Virus record (IMG/VR): IMGVR_UViG_3300023174_000050
Span: 1-64,000 of that record
Source: a virus
Strand: one strand, 5' to 3'
Length of the DNA stretch: 64,000 bases
How positions within the stretch are numbered: position 1 is the stretch's first letter; every line of letters starts with the position of its first letter. The notes under the pieces were generated by a model that saw nothing but the letters and a program-made list of their open reading frames with translations, made no database searches and was not told where the DNA came from. The position numbers were made by a program, and so were the translations under genes. This document shows, piece after piece, positions 1-9,783 of the stretch.

Positions 1-2
1 CT

Positions 3-602
3 AATTCTGTATTTGGTTCAATAACTGCATCGGGCGGTGGTGCAGGTGGTGGGGCACAAACAGCGGTTGGGACAGGAAGCAATGGTGGTTCTGGGGGCGG
101 GGGTGGCAACGATTATCCAAGGCAGACACAGACCGGCGGCGGAACTGGTAACTCTGGAAGTTATACGCCGGCAGAAGGTACAAATGGAGGCTCTAATTTA
201 GGCGGCGGCGGTGGCGCAGATACAGCCGGTGCAAATGGTTCAACCAACGGGGTAGGCGGCGCTGGTAAATATAATTCCATATCTGGATCAAATGTTGCTT
301 ATGCCGGGGGTGGCGGTGGTTGTACTGAATCTGCTACTGATCCTGTTCTTGGAGGTGTTGGCGGTGGCGGTAACGGGCAAAAGCGCAACAGCACAGCCGC
401 CACAAGCGGCTCAACCAATACTGGTGGAGGTGGGGGCGGAGGCGCAAACAGCACTAGTGGCTCTGGTGGTTCTGGTATAGTAATTATTCGCTATGCAGAC
501 ACATATACGGCTGCATCTAATACTACAGGTTCACCCAACGTAATTTATGCAAATTCAAGTATCATCTACAGATTCTGGCAATCTGGAACAATCACATTCT
601 AA
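3..602 (+). CDS. Glycine-rich domain protein (tail adhesin-like), 5'-truncated by window edge
   Basis: Open frame from nt 3 (NSVFGSITASGGGAGGG...GGSGIVIIRYADTY...NVIYANSSIIYRFWQSGTITF*); C-terminus nearly the same as paralogs ending at 18509 and 30553. Confidence 0.85.
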   Translation, partial: NSVFGSITASGGGAGGGAQTAVGTGSNGGSGGGGGNDYPRQTQTGGGTGNSGSYTPAEGTNGGSNLGGGGGADTAGANGSTNGVGGAGKYNSISGSNVAYAGGGGGCTESATDPVLGGVGGGGNGQKRNSTAATSGSTNTGGGGGGGANSTSGSGGSGIVIIRYADTYTAASNTTGSPNVIYANSSIIYRFWQSGTITF

Positions 603-615
603 ATAAATAAAGCAA

Positions 616-909
616 ATGGCAAAATTAAAAGTATCAGAATTACAACGAGCAACATCTGTAAATTTTACAGATTTAGTTTATGTTGTGCAATCAAGTACCA
701 GCAAAGCGGTTACTATACAAACCTTGCTTGGTTTAATTAATGGCAATGTAACAGTTACGGGTAAAATAACTGCAAATGCTATTGTAGCACCAAGTTATAC
801 TTCTGCCGCAGCAAATACGATAGGTGCAGCCAATGGCACTATCATATATAATTCTCAAACAAATAAATTGCAAGTATTTGCAGGTGGTGCGTGGGTTAAC
901 CTTCATTAA
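616..909 (+). CDS. Small virion/tail-fiber-associated protein
   Basis: MAKLKVSEL start and GTIIYNSQTNKLQVFAGGAW motif typical of phage fiber proteins. Confidence 0.55.
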   Translation: MAKLKVSELQRATSVNFTDLVYVVQSSTSKAVTIQTLLGLINGNVTVTGKITANAIVAPSYTSAAANTIGAANGTIIYNSQTNKLQVFAGGAWVNLH

Positions 910-926
910 AGATAACAACTATAAAA

Positions 927-1316
927 ATGATAAATGAATTGACTGAAGAAAATTTTACAATGTACGCTATAAAAAATTATGACAACCCTTCTTGCAAGGG
1001 CATGGATGAGTTTTTAGATGATCTAAAAAGATTTAAATATATAAAAAGATTATTGATAAAACATACTGGCGGTAAAGAACTTAAAGAACGATTAATATTA
1101 AATCATATCATAGTACTTGGAAATTTATTTGGTATTGAGGCAACAACCAAGATGTTGTTTTATAAATTAGATAAAAAGTTTTGGGCTCAAATAAAAACTT
1201 TTTTAGTGTTTTTAAATTATATGCCGCTGAAAGTAATAGTATCTCCGGGAATAGAAATACTTGATAAAGATATTCCTATAGATGAAACAATTCTAGAAAA
1301 TTTAAAGAGAATTTAA
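927..1316 (+). CDS. Conserved T4-like phage hypothetical protein
   Basis: ELTEENF.MYAIKNYDNP.C...EF.DDLKRFKYIKRL pattern recalled from aquatic T4-like phages, near primase. Confidence 0.7.
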   Translation: MINELTEENFTMYAIKNYDNPSCKGMDEFLDDLKRFKYIKRLLIKHTGGKELKERLILNHIIVLGNLFGIEATTKMLFYKLDKKFWAQIKTFLVFLNYMPLKVIVSPGIEILDKDIPIDETILENLKRI

Positions 1317-1873
1317 TGGGAAAATTTGTAGACTCAATTATAACATTTAGAATCTTACATATGTTGGTTCAGCCGTTTGAAGAGACAATAGCGTTCCGCC
1401 TCGGCATTATAGACAAGAATGGCAACGAAATTAAAAAGATGGCAGATCTTAATACTACACAGGAAAGAGATGCATACACTTTACTTCACAGATTAGTATT
1501 TAGAATAAAAAAAATTGTAAACAAAGTGCCAATCGAAAATAAAAAATTAGTATCGTTAGCTGCGGCATATTCGTTAGTTAGAGAAGAATTAGATAATGGT
1601 AAAGAATCTATTAATTTAGAAGAGAAATTTTTAAGACGTATGGATACCGATTTAACTAAAGAAATAACAGAAATAAATGAGGCAATGGATAAAAATAAAA
1701 TTTTATCTTTTAGGCAATTTTCAGAAGATGTCGGGGCAGTAGCACCAGCAAATAATGCTGCGGCAACTCCGGGTATTGCTGGTTTAGGTAAAGATGTACC
1801 CGTTAGTAAAAAAGCACAAAAAACATGGACTGCGGCAAACGCTATGTTTAAACGAGGAAAACCAAATGCCTGA
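1316..1873 (+). CDS. Conserved T4-like phage hypothetical protein
   Basis: 185-aa ORF coupled to upstream stop; AFRLGIID..G motif. Confidence 0.65.
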   Translation: MGKFVDSIITFRILHMLVQPFEETIAFRLGIIDKNGNEIKKMADLNTTQERDAYTLLHRLVFRIKKIVNKVPIENKKLVSLAAAYSLVREELDNGKESINLEEKFLRRMDTDLTKEITEINEAMDKNKILSFRQFSEDVGAVAPANNAAATPGIAGLGKDVPVSKKAQKTWTAANAMFKRGKPNA

Positions 1874-2222
1874 ATCGAATAACATACGCAGTCTTGATAC
1901 TGACGTAAGAGTTACTGTCTTGGAAACTCAAGTAACAAATATCAGTCATACTATGGAAAAACTTGAAGAAAAAATGGATGAGAATTATGCCACACTGCAT
2001 CATCGCATTAGTGATATGCGAGATGATCTGCATAAGAATATTGAAACTAAACATGATAAGGTTATAGAAAAACTTGATGAACAAAATAAATCAAGTACAG
2101 AACAACATAAAGCTATTGCCGAAAAAATTCAAACCATTGAAAAATGGCGTTGGATGATAATGGGCGGGGCATTGGTTGTTGGTTATGTTTTGGCTCATTT
2201 AAAATTGGAAAAGTTGTTCTAA
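1866..2222 (+). CDS. Coiled-coil protein with C-terminal transmembrane helix
   Basis: ATG 1866 after GAGGA; heptad-rich body; KWRWMIMGGALVVGYVLA hydrophobic tail. Confidence 0.7.
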   Translation: MPESNNIRSLDTDVRVTVLETQVTNISHTMEKLEEKMDENYATLHHRISDMRDDLHKNIETKHDKVIEKLDEQNKSSTEQHKAIAEKIQTIEKWRWMIMGGALVVGYVLAHLKLEKLF

Positions 2223-2226
2223 CTGC

Positions 2227-2255
2227 TTGACTTCTTTCAAATAATACTTTATAAT
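2227..2255 (+). promoter_or_regulatory. Sigma70-type promoter for primase
   Basis: TTGACT-17 nt-TATAAT. Confidence 0.75.
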
Positions 2256-2278
2256 AAAGACTCTAATGGGAGTCTTTT

Positions 2279-3301
2279 GTGTCTTTATTCACTGATCTAA
2301 AATATCTAAAATTAATAAGTACTCGTTTGCCGATGTTCAAACAAAAGAGCGAGCGTCTTTATAATTGCCGATGCATTCTCTGCGGTGACTCCTCTAAAAA
2401 GAAAAATAAAACACGCGGATATTTTTATGTTGCCAAAAATGATTTGTTCTATAAATGCCATAATTGTTCGGCATCCATGCACTTTGGCTCATTCTTAAAA
2501 CAATTAGATGGAATGCAGTATAGTCAGTATGTGATGGAACGGTATAATGAAGGTTTGCCAATGAACAAACCGCATCAAAAAATTGAAGACAAATTTAGAA
2601 TGGCTGAACCTGTTTTTGAGAAATCTGAAGAAACACTGTTAGATAAATTATTGGATAGACTTGATACTTTGCCCGAGGATAATGAAGCAGTTCAATTTTG
2701 TTTAAAAAGAAAAATCCCAAAAGAAAAATTCAATCAATTGTACTTCATCAAAAATATGAAGGACATTGTCCAGTTAAGTGATAAATACAAAGACAAAATA
2801 ACAACCGAAGAACCCAGATTGGTTATACCCTTTTATAATGATATTGGGCAACTATCGGGAGTTACTTGCAGGGCATTGAGAGGTGAATCATTGAGATATG
2901 TTCTTATTAAAATTAAAGAAGATGAATCTTTAATTTTTGGATTGAACGAAGTTGATAAAACCAAACCAATCCATGTAGTTGAAGGACCTCTTGATAGTTT
3001 ATTTTTACCAAATGCAATTGCAGTGGGTGGTACATCATTTGGTAAAATGGAAACAACAGGTTTGCCAAAAGATAAATTAATTATGATTGTGGACAATCAA
3101 CCGAGAAATAAAGATGTTGCCAAAGTGCTTGACAAAATAATTGATAGGCAATATAATGTGGTTATATGGCCTCAGACTATTTTCGAAAAAGATATTAACG
3201 AAATGGTGTTGGAGGGCAGAGACCCTGTTAAAATAATCAATAAAAATATTTTTTCAGGTTTAACAGCAAAAATGAAATTTACGGAGTGGAAAAGATGTTG
3301 A
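2279..3301 (+). CDS. gp61: DNA primase (T4 gp61-like)
   Basis: Zn finger CRCILCGDS...FYKCHNC; TOPRIM VVEGPLDSLFL and DNQPRN; GTG start. Confidence 0.95.
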   Translation: MSLFTDLKYLKLISTRLPMFKQKSERLYNCRCILCGDSSKKKNKTRGYFYVAKNDLFYKCHNCSASMHFGSFLKQLDGMQYSQYVMERYNEGLPMNKPHQKIEDKFRMAEPVFEKSEETLLDKLLDRLDTLPEDNEAVQFCLKRKIPKEKFNQLYFIKNMKDIVQLSDKYKDKITTEEPRLVIPFYNDIGQLSGVTCRALRGESLRYVLIKIKEDESLIFGLNEVDKTKPIHVVEGPLDSLFLPNAIAVGGTSFGKMETTGLPKDKLIMIVDNQPRNKDVAKVLDKIIDRQYNVVIWPQTIFEKDINEMVLEGRDPVKIINKNIFSGLTAKMKFTEWKRC

Positions 3302-3732
3302 CGCAAACTGTGACTGTACAAGAAGATCCTGATACTAAAGAATTGATGTTACCTCTTACTGATGAAATGCTGGCTGAATTGGGTTGGCAAATCGGTGATA
3401 CTTTAGAATGGTTGGATAAAAAAGATGGATCTTGGATGATCAAAAAGAAATCCCCCGAAACAGAATTTGTTCTTGTTGAGTGTATTTCTACATTTCGTCA
3501 AAGGTATATGGTTGAAGTACCAAAAGGCAAATCCGAATGGGCGCTTGATACTGTAACAATGAATGAAGCTACAGAATTTAGCCAAAAACATCTCGGTGAG
3601 CAAGTTATTAGTTATCGAGTTGCAAATAAAGATGAGGTTTTAGAATTGTGCGATAAAGACAATGACTATGCCAAATCATGGAATGATGAACATAAATTTA
3701 ATACTTTTGTAACATCCTGGAAAGAAGAATGA
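3295..3732 (+). CDS. Hypothetical protein with AbrB/SpoVT-like N-terminal domain
   Basis: LMLPLTDEMLAELGWQIGDTLEW resembles a swapped-hairpin AbrB motif. Confidence 0.55.
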   Translation: MLTQTVTVQEDPDTKELMLPLTDEMLAELGWQIGDTLEWLDKKDGSWMIKKKSPETEFVLVECISTFRQRYMVEVPKGKSEWALDTVTMNEATEFSQKHLGEQVISYRVANKDEVLELCDKDNDYAKSWNDEHKFNTFVTSWKEE

Positions 3733-4403
3733 AAGTTTACATAAACAATTACAAAGGTCACTGGCTATCTCCATATACAATTATGGAGAAAGTTCTTTTC
3801 TGGAAGAAGTGGACCGATCCAAAATTTGATTTATACGATGATGAGAATAAACACTATACCGATTGGTTGGTAAAACCAATGACATTGGTACAAAAGTTTC
3901 TTGATGTTGTTGATCCCAAAATTAATTATGTAAAAATTGATCGTTGGGACACTTGGTCTATGGATCACACGTTGGCATATATTATTTTACCAATGCTAAA
4001 ACAACTTAAAAAAGATAAACATGGCGCACCTTTTGTTGATGATATTGATGTGCCAGAAGAATTGAGAAGCACTTCTGCTCCTCCCAAAGAAAATGAATGG
4101 GATACAGATGCTAACCATTTTGCACGGTGGGATTGGGTAATGGATGAAATGATTTTTGCATTTGAATGTAAAAATGATGATCATGCAGATGATAAATTTC
4201 AGTCAGGTGTACACGATATAAAGTGGGTACCGGTGGACAGAGACGGCAATGAAGTGCCAAAAGGCGACCACAAGTTTTTTAAAATGGATAAAGGCCCCAA
4301 GGATACTTTCAAGTGTGACTATGAAGGCATGAAGGCCCAGCACGATCGAATGAAAAATGGTTTTAGATTATTTGGTAAATACTACGAAGGATTGTGGGAT
4401 TAA
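3729..4403 (+). CDS. Conserved phage hypothetical protein
   Basis: 224-aa ORF with ATGA overlap; ends GFRLFGKYYEGLWD. Confidence 0.7.
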   Translation: MKVYINNYKGHWLSPYTIMEKVLFWKKWTDPKFDLYDDENKHYTDWLVKPMTLVQKFLDVVDPKINYVKIDRWDTWSMDHTLAYIILPMLKQLKKDKHGAPFVDDIDVPEELRSTSAPPKENEWDTDANHFARWDWVMDEMIFAFECKNDDHADDKFQSGVHDIKWVPVDRDGNEVPKGDHKFFKMDKGPKDTFKCDYEGMKAQHDRMKNGFRLFGKYYEGLWD

Positions 4404-4574
4404 ATGAATAACGATAAACAAGCATTTGATACTTGGATATTTGATAATTTCAAATTAAGAGAAATGCCAAATGATGAAATTAGAAAACTTTTATTGGAAG
4501 CGTGGCAAGCTGCAATAAAATATGAGCAGGACAAACCTTTTAGAACATATAGATGGGATGGTGTTTTGCGGTGA
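4404..4574 (+). CDS. Small hypothetical protein (56 aa, not in ORF track)
   Basis: MNNDKQAFDTWIF...WDGVLR*; fills the gap; stop overlaps thyX GTG. Confidence 0.55.
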   Translation: MNNDKQAFDTWIFDNFKLREMPNDEIRKLLLEAWQAAIKYEQDKPFRTYRWDGVLR

Positions 4575-5248
4575 AAGTTGAAATTATATCATACTCACAA
4601 CCTGCAGAATATTTTGCAGAAAATATGACGGAACTTGTAGCATTTTGTGCTAGAGTTTCTAATCCATCTAATCAAAGTAATAAAGATACTTCTCAAAAGC
4701 TAATTAAATATCTTATTTCCAATAAGCATTGGTCTCCTTTGGAGATGGTGCATCTTACTCTTGAGATTGAAACAACAAGAGATATTGCAAGACAAATGTT
4801 GCGACACAGATCATTTTCCTTTCAGGAATTTAGTCAACGATACGCTGATCCGACAAAGGATTTAGATTTTGTTATTCGTGAGGCTCGTCTTCAGGATACC
4901 AAAAATAGACAAAATTCTATTGAATTGGATATGCAAAATAATCGAGACCATAGAGAAATAAATAGATGGTGGGAAGAGGAACAACATAAAATTGTTAAGA
5001 TGGCTAAAGACACATATCAAGCAGCGATTAGTATGGGTATTGCCAAAGAACAGGCCAGAGCAGTATTACCCGAAGGGTTAACTGTAAGTAAACTTTATAT
5101 GGCGGGAACTCTTCGTAGTTGGATACATTATATTCAATTGCGTTCAGAAAATGGCACACAAAAAGAACACATTGAAGTTGCAAAAGCCTGTGCTTTGGTG
5201 ATTTCCAAGGTTTTTCCTCTTACTAAAGATATGGGAATAGATATATAA
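4571..5248 (+). CDS. thyX: Flavin-dependent thymidylate synthase
   Basis: RHRSFSFQEFSQRY signature; HWSPLE; RAVLP; GTG start 4571. Confidence 0.96.
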   Translation: MKVEIISYSQPAEYFAENMTELVAFCARVSNPSNQSNKDTSQKLIKYLISNKHWSPLEMVHLTLEIETTRDIARQMLRHRSFSFQEFSQRYADPTKDLDFVIREARLQDTKNRQNSIELDMQNNRDHREINRWWEEEQHKIVKMAKDTYQAAISMGIAKEQARAVLPEGLTVSKLYMAGTLRSWIHYIQLRSENGTQKEHIEVAKACALVISKVFPLTKDMGIDI

Positions 5249-5251
5249 AGT

Positions 5252-5698
5252 ATGTGGATACTTTCATTTTTGCCTGAATGGGCTTTTCATCTAATGCTAG
5301 GAATCGGTGTACTGGGAACAGTTGCCGGATTCGTACTAGGTATGATACCATTTATAAAGCAATATAGTATTCCTGTACGAGTAATTAGTTTATTCATATT
5401 AATTTTAGCAGTTTATTTAGAAGGCGGATTAGCTGATAATAAAGTATGGGAAGCTCGTGTTAAAGAGATGCAAGTCAAAGTTGCCGAAGCAGAGGCAAAA
5501 TCTGCAAAAGAAAATGTTAAAATAGTACAAAAAATTGTACGCAAAACTCAAATAGTTAGAGTTCGAGGTCAAGACATTATTAAATATGTTGAGAAAGAAG
5601 TTGTAAAATATGATGATAAGTTTGCAAAGGGCGGACAATGTGAACTGCCTAAAGAATTTATTAAAGCAGTAAATGATGCAGCCGAGGAACCCAAGTGA
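5252..5698 (+). CDS. Putative inner-membrane spanin (Rz-like)
   Basis: N-terminal TM helices, periplasmic coiled coil, C-terminal Cys; overlaps a lipoprotein gene. Confidence 0.6.
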   Translation: MWILSFLPEWAFHLMLGIGVLGTVAGFVLGMIPFIKQYSIPVRVISLFILILAVYLEGGLADNKVWEARVKEMQVKVAEAEAKSAKENVKIVQKIVRKTQIVRVRGQDIIKYVEKEVVKYDDKFAKGGQCELPKEFIKAVNDAAEEPK

Positions 5699-5958
5699 AT
5701 AAATACTTATCTATAATTTGTATTATTCTAATGGGATGTTCTACCACTGTACCTGTGACTGCCAAATTCCCAGAAGTTCCAGAAAGTCTAATGGAAAAAT
5801 GTCCTTCATTGGAAAAATTAGAAAACGAAGCAAAGTTAAGCGACATTGCAAAAAGTATAACGAATAATTATACTAAATATTATGAATGTTCCACTAAGCA
5901 TAGTGGTTGGATTGAGTGGTATCAAACGCAAAAAAATATTTTTGAATCAGTTAAATAA
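5695..5958 (+). CDS. Putative outer-membrane spanin lipoprotein (Rz1-like)
   Basis: Lipobox ILMGC; Pro-rich FPEVPESLMEKCP; late Cys. Confidence 0.65.
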   Translation: MNKYLSIICIILMGCSTTVPVTAKFPEVPESLMEKCPSLEKLENEAKLSDIAKSITNNYTKYYECSTKHSGWIEWYQTQKNIFESVK

Positions 5959-5982
5959 CTAAAATAAAAAAGGTTGGTAAAG

Positions 5983-7794
5983 ATGACTAAAGATATAGTC
6001 CATGGGATTAATGTCGATTATACTAGAGACAGTCTATTTGATGAATTGGGATTAAAAAGATTAAAAGAAAGTTATATGAAAGAAGAGGAGCAATCTCCTC
6101 AAGAAAGATTTGCATTTGTTTCTAAACAATTTGGAAGCAATGAAGAACACGCACAAAGATTATATGATTATAGTTCTAACCATTGGTTATCTTATAGCAC
6201 TCCCATACTTAGTTTTGGGAGAAGTAAACGTGGTTTACCCATTAGTTGTTTCTTGCCTTATCTTGATGACAGTGCTGAAGGACTAGTTAACACGTTGGCA
6301 GAAGTAAATTGGCTCAGTATGTTGGGCGGAGGAGTAGGAATTGGTATTGGAATACGGTCTGCTGACGATAAGTCTGTTGGTGTTTTGCCTCATCTTCGCA
6401 CATACGATGCCTCATCGTTGGCATATCGTCAAGGACGTACTCGAAGAGGTTCTTATGCTGCTTACCTCGATATATCTCATCCTGATATTCTTATATTTTT
6501 GGAGATGAGAAAACCCACTGGCGATCCTAATATGAGAGCGCTAAATTTGCATCATGGTATTAATATTACTGATAGTTTTATGCAACTCGTAGAGCGTTGT
6601 ATGTTGGATAAAGATGCAGATGATACCTGGGAATTGAAAGATCCTCATTCTGGCGAAGTACGAGATACTGTTCCTGCTAGAGAATTATGGCAACGTATTA
6701 TCGAAATGAGAATGCAGACAGGTGAACCTTATCTACATTTTATTGACACCAGTAATAAACATATGCCCGAGTTTCAAAAGAAACTTGGTTTAAGTATTAG
6801 ACAATCTAATTTATGTTCTGAAATTATTTTACCTACAGATAAAAATAGAACAGCAGTATGTTGTTTATCTTCTTTAAATTTGGAGTACTATGATGACTGG
6901 AAGAACCATCCTACTTTCCTTCGTGATATTGCTGAAATGCTTGACAATGTTCTTCAGTATTTTATTGATAATGCGCCTGCCGCCATTAAACGTGCAAAAT
7001 TCTCAGCCATGCGTGAACGAAGCATCGGTGTCGGTGCTCTTGGATGGCACGCCTATTTGCAAAAAAATAATATCCCATGGGAATCAGCGCAGGCTGTAGG
7101 TCGCAATCATCAGATCTTTAAACATATACAGGAAAAATTGGATGAGGCAAATTTACAACTTGGTTCAGAAAGAGGCGAGGCTCCTGATTGCACAGGCACT
7201 GGTCGTAGGTTTGCACATACTATGGCTATTGCTCCCAATGCAAGTTCTAGTATTATCATGGGGAATACTTCTCCTAGCATTGAGCCTCTGCGAGCTAATG
7301 CTTATAGACAAGACACATTAAGTGGATCCATGCTTAATAAAAATAAATGGCTAGATAGAGTTATTCAAGATCATTTGTCCGGCGATAGTGGAACAGTATC
7401 ACAAAATGATTATAATGACATCTGGTCTTCAATTATTGCCAATGACGGGTCAGTACAACATCTCGATTGGATGGATGATTGGACAAAAGATGTATTTAAA
7501 ACATCTATGGAAATAGATCAACGCTGGTTAATTCAACATGCTGCAGATCGCCAACAATATATAGATCAGGCACAATCTGTTAATCTATTCTTTAGACCAG
7601 ATTCAAATATTAAATATCTACATGCTGTACATTTTATGGCATGGAAGATGGGACTGAAAACACTTTACTATTGCCGCTCTGAAAAGATTGGTAAAGCAGA
7701 TAAAGTTTCTAAAAAGATTGAGCGCGAAGTCATCAAAGAGCTTGATATGAAGGCTATGATTGATGGCGACGCTTGTTTAGCTTGCGAAGGATAA
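5983..7794 (+). CDS. nrdA: Ribonucleotide reductase class I alpha subunit
   Basis: PISCF, GGGVG, QSNLCSEI, AIAPNASSS, LKTLYY and C-terminal CLAC. Confidence 0.97.
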   Translation: MTKDIVHGINVDYTRDSLFDELGLKRLKESYMKEEEQSPQERFAFVSKQFGSNEEHAQRLYDYSSNHWLSYSTPILSFGRSKRGLPISCFLPYLDDSAEGLVNTLAEVNWLSMLGGGVGIGIGIRSADDKSVGVLPHLRTYDASSLAYRQGRTRRGSYAAYLDISHPDILIFLEMRKPTGDPNMRALNLHHGINITDSFMQLVERCMLDKDADDTWELKDPHSGEVRDTVPARELWQRIIEMRMQTGEPYLHFIDTSNKHMPEFQKKLGLSIRQSNLCSEIILPTDKNRTAVCCLSSLNLEYYDDWKNHPTFLRDIAEMLDNVLQYFIDNAPAAIKRAKFSAMRERSIGVGALGWHAYLQKNNIPWESAQAVGRNHQIFKHIQEKLDEANLQLGSERGEAPDCTGTGRRFAHTMAIAPNASSSIIMGNTSPSIEPLRANAYRQDTLSGSMLNKNKWLDRVIQDHLSGDSGTVSQNDYNDIWSSIIANDGSVQHLDWMDDWTKDVFKTSMEIDQRWLIQHAADRQQYIDQAQSVNLFFRPDSNIKYLHAVHFMAWKMGLKTLYYCRSEKIGKADKVSKKIEREVIKELDMKAMIDGDACLACEG

Positions 7795-7795
7795 T

Positions 7796-8176
7796 ATGGC
7801 ATATTCAGAAAAGGTAATTGACCACTACGAAAATCCCCGTAATGTAGGTAAGTTTGATGCTGATGAACCCGGTGTTGGTACTGGTATGGTTGGCGCTCCT
7901 GCCTGTGGGGACGTAATGAAGTTGCAGATTAAAGTTGAAGATGGTATTATTATAGATGCTCGGTTTAAAACATATGGGTGTGGTTCAGCAATTGCAAGTA
8001 GTTCCTTGGTTACAGAATGGGTTAAGGGCAAAACATTAGAGCAGGCATCAACCATTAACAATTCAGCTATAGCTGAAGAGTTAGCTCTCCCGCCAGTTAA
8101 AATACACTGCTCTATTTTAGCAGAGGATGCCATAAAAGCTGCGATAGAAAACTATAAAGAAAAACTAAAATGCTAA
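7796..8176 (+). CDS. iscU: Fe-S cluster scaffold IscU
   Basis: [57 protein letters not shown]. Confidence 0.96.
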   Translation: MAYSEKVIDHYENPRNVGKFDADEPGVGTGMVGAPACGDVMKLQIKVEDGIIIDARFKTYGCGSAIASSSLVTEWVKGKTLEQASTINNSAIAEELALPPVKIHCSILAEDAIKAAIENYKEKLKC

Positions 8177-8493
8177 CAATTACAGAATCTGCTAAAACAA
8201 AAATTCTAGATCTTTTTACAGAAGAAAGCAATCCCGACTTATGTTTGAGAACATTCGTACAGGGTGGCGGATGTAGTGGAATGAGTTATGGTTTTACATT
8301 CGATGAGGTGATGAATGAAGACGATTTTGAAATACCTCTTGAAAAAACTAAAATACTGATAGATGCTATGAGCATGCAATATTTAACAGGAGCAACAGTG
8401 GATTATAAAGAAGATATACAAGGTTCGCAGTTTGTTATAACTAATCCAAATGCCCAATCCACATGTGGTTGCGGAAGTTCATTTTCAGTTTAA
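8170..8493 (+). CDS. erpA: A-type Fe-S carrier, ErpA-like
   Basis: [40 protein letters not shown]. Confidence 0.9.
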   Translation: MLTITESAKTKILDLFTEESNPDLCLRTFVQGGGCSGMSYGFTFDEVMNEDDFEIPLEKTKILIDAMSMQYLTGATVDYKEDIQGSQFVITNPNAQSTCGCGSSFSV

Positions 8494-8511
8494 GATATTA
8501 TAAGATTATTC

Positions 8512-9144
8512 ATGGCACACATTGTTGCAAACTTACCGCCAGTAAAATGTTTTGTTCGCAGAGAATTTCTCTATGACTTTCAAAAAGGTCAAGGAGAGCT
8601 GGAGCCATGTTGGTGGATAACAATAAAATCTCAAAGAAGTCAGGCATTTAGAATTGAATCATATTTAAACAACTATGGGGCATTGTACGACAAACTCCCC
8701 TTGCATGCATATTGCTGGAAACCTATAGAAGGCGATCCGTATCCCTTAGATTTTTTGCAGTTATGGAATAGCATGTCTTATGATATTACTGTAATTAAAA
8801 AAGCAATGATAGCAAACATGAGATGTAAAATTAAAATGAAAGATGGTTCATGGTTGGAAGGTGAATATCTTTTTACCGTTGATTCTTCTCATCCTGATTT
8901 TAACATCCTTGATTGCGGACACAGTGAGGATGTTGAGGATCATAAATCTTTTAATTTTATAAAATGCGATAATGGGCAATTTGCTGCACAACCAAATAAT
9001 CGTATTGTTATTTTAGAACCAGCAAGTAATCCTAAAGAAATGAAGATTCCAGATTTTAATGTTGCCACTACCAGATGGAATGTTGAAATGGACCCAAAGT
9101 GGGATTACGGATTACCTGAGAACAAATGGAGAATGAACGAATGA
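8512..9144 (+). CDS. Conserved hypothetical protein
   Basis: 210-aa ORF; ANLPPVKCFVRREFLYD and GQFAAQPNNR motifs recalled from aquatic phages; function unknown. Confidence 0.7.
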   Translation: MAHIVANLPPVKCFVRREFLYDFQKGQGELEPCWWITIKSQRSQAFRIESYLNNYGALYDKLPLHAYCWKPIEGDPYPLDFLQLWNSMSYDITVIKKAMIANMRCKIKMKDGSWLEGEYLFTVDSSHPDFNILDCGHSEDVEDHKSFNFIKCDNGQFAAQPNNRIVILEPASNPKEMKIPDFNVATTRWNVEMDPKWDYGLPENKWRMNE

Positions 9145-9311
9145 CAGAACAATTTTTACACGAACGATATATACAGTATAAATGTAAATGTGCTTGCGAA
9201 CAGCATTGTGGGCACAGTTGTTTAACTGAGGATTGTGATTGCACAGAGTGTAATTGTAAACAATGCCAGGATAAAGATAAAAATAAAAACATACAAAAAG
9301 GATACAACTAA
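9141..9311 (+). CDS. Cys-rich metallothionein-like peptide
   Basis: 10 Cys in CKCACEQHCGHSCLTEDCDCTECNCKQC; ATGA overlap with upstream gene. Confidence 0.55.
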   Translation: MTEQFLHERYIQYKCKCACEQHCGHSCLTEDCDCTECNCKQCQDKDKNKNIQKGYN

Positions 9312-9312
9312 A

Positions 9313-9456
9313 ATGTTAGAAACACTACTTTGGGTATTAATAGGTGCATTTATTGGTTGGAACTTTCCGCAACCATCTTATGCCAAAACATTTCAGGAAA
9401 AATATCTACAAAAATATATTGATAAATTGAAAGTACTTTTATTCTTTTGGAAATAA
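9313..9456 (+). CDS. Small membrane protein
   Basis: MLETLLWVLIGAFIGWNFPQP single TM helix. Confidence 0.6.
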   Translation: MLETLLWVLIGAFIGWNFPQPSYAKTFQEKYLQKYIDKLKVLLFFWK

Positions 9457-9783
9457 ATGATTACTCTTACCGAGTTGGCATGTAAAAAAGTTAAAGAGGC
9501 CCTTAAAAAAAGAAATAAGGGGGTTGGGATAAGAATAGGTGTAAAGACCACAGGTTGCAGTGGATTTGCATATGTAATGGAGTATGTAGATAATGATATA
9601 TTTGATCCTTCAGAGGAAAGAATAATACTTCAAGATTTTATTGTCAAAGTATATACTAAGGATTTGGTGTATATTAGAGGAACAATAATGGATTGGAAAA
9701 AGAATGGTTTAAACGAGGGATTCGATTTTAGTAATCCCAACGAACGAGATAGATGCGGTTGCGGGGAGAGTTTCAGAGTATGA
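9457..9783 (+). CDS. iscA: A-type Fe-S carrier IscA
   Basis: GIRIGVKTTGCSGFAYVMEY, GLNEGFDFSNPNERDRCGCGESF. Confidence 0.92.
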   Translation: MITLTELACKKVKEALKKRNKGVGIRIGVKTTGCSGFAYVMEYVDNDIFDPSEERIILQDFIVKVYTKDLVYIRGTIMDWKKNGLNEGFDFSNPNERDRCGCGESFRV

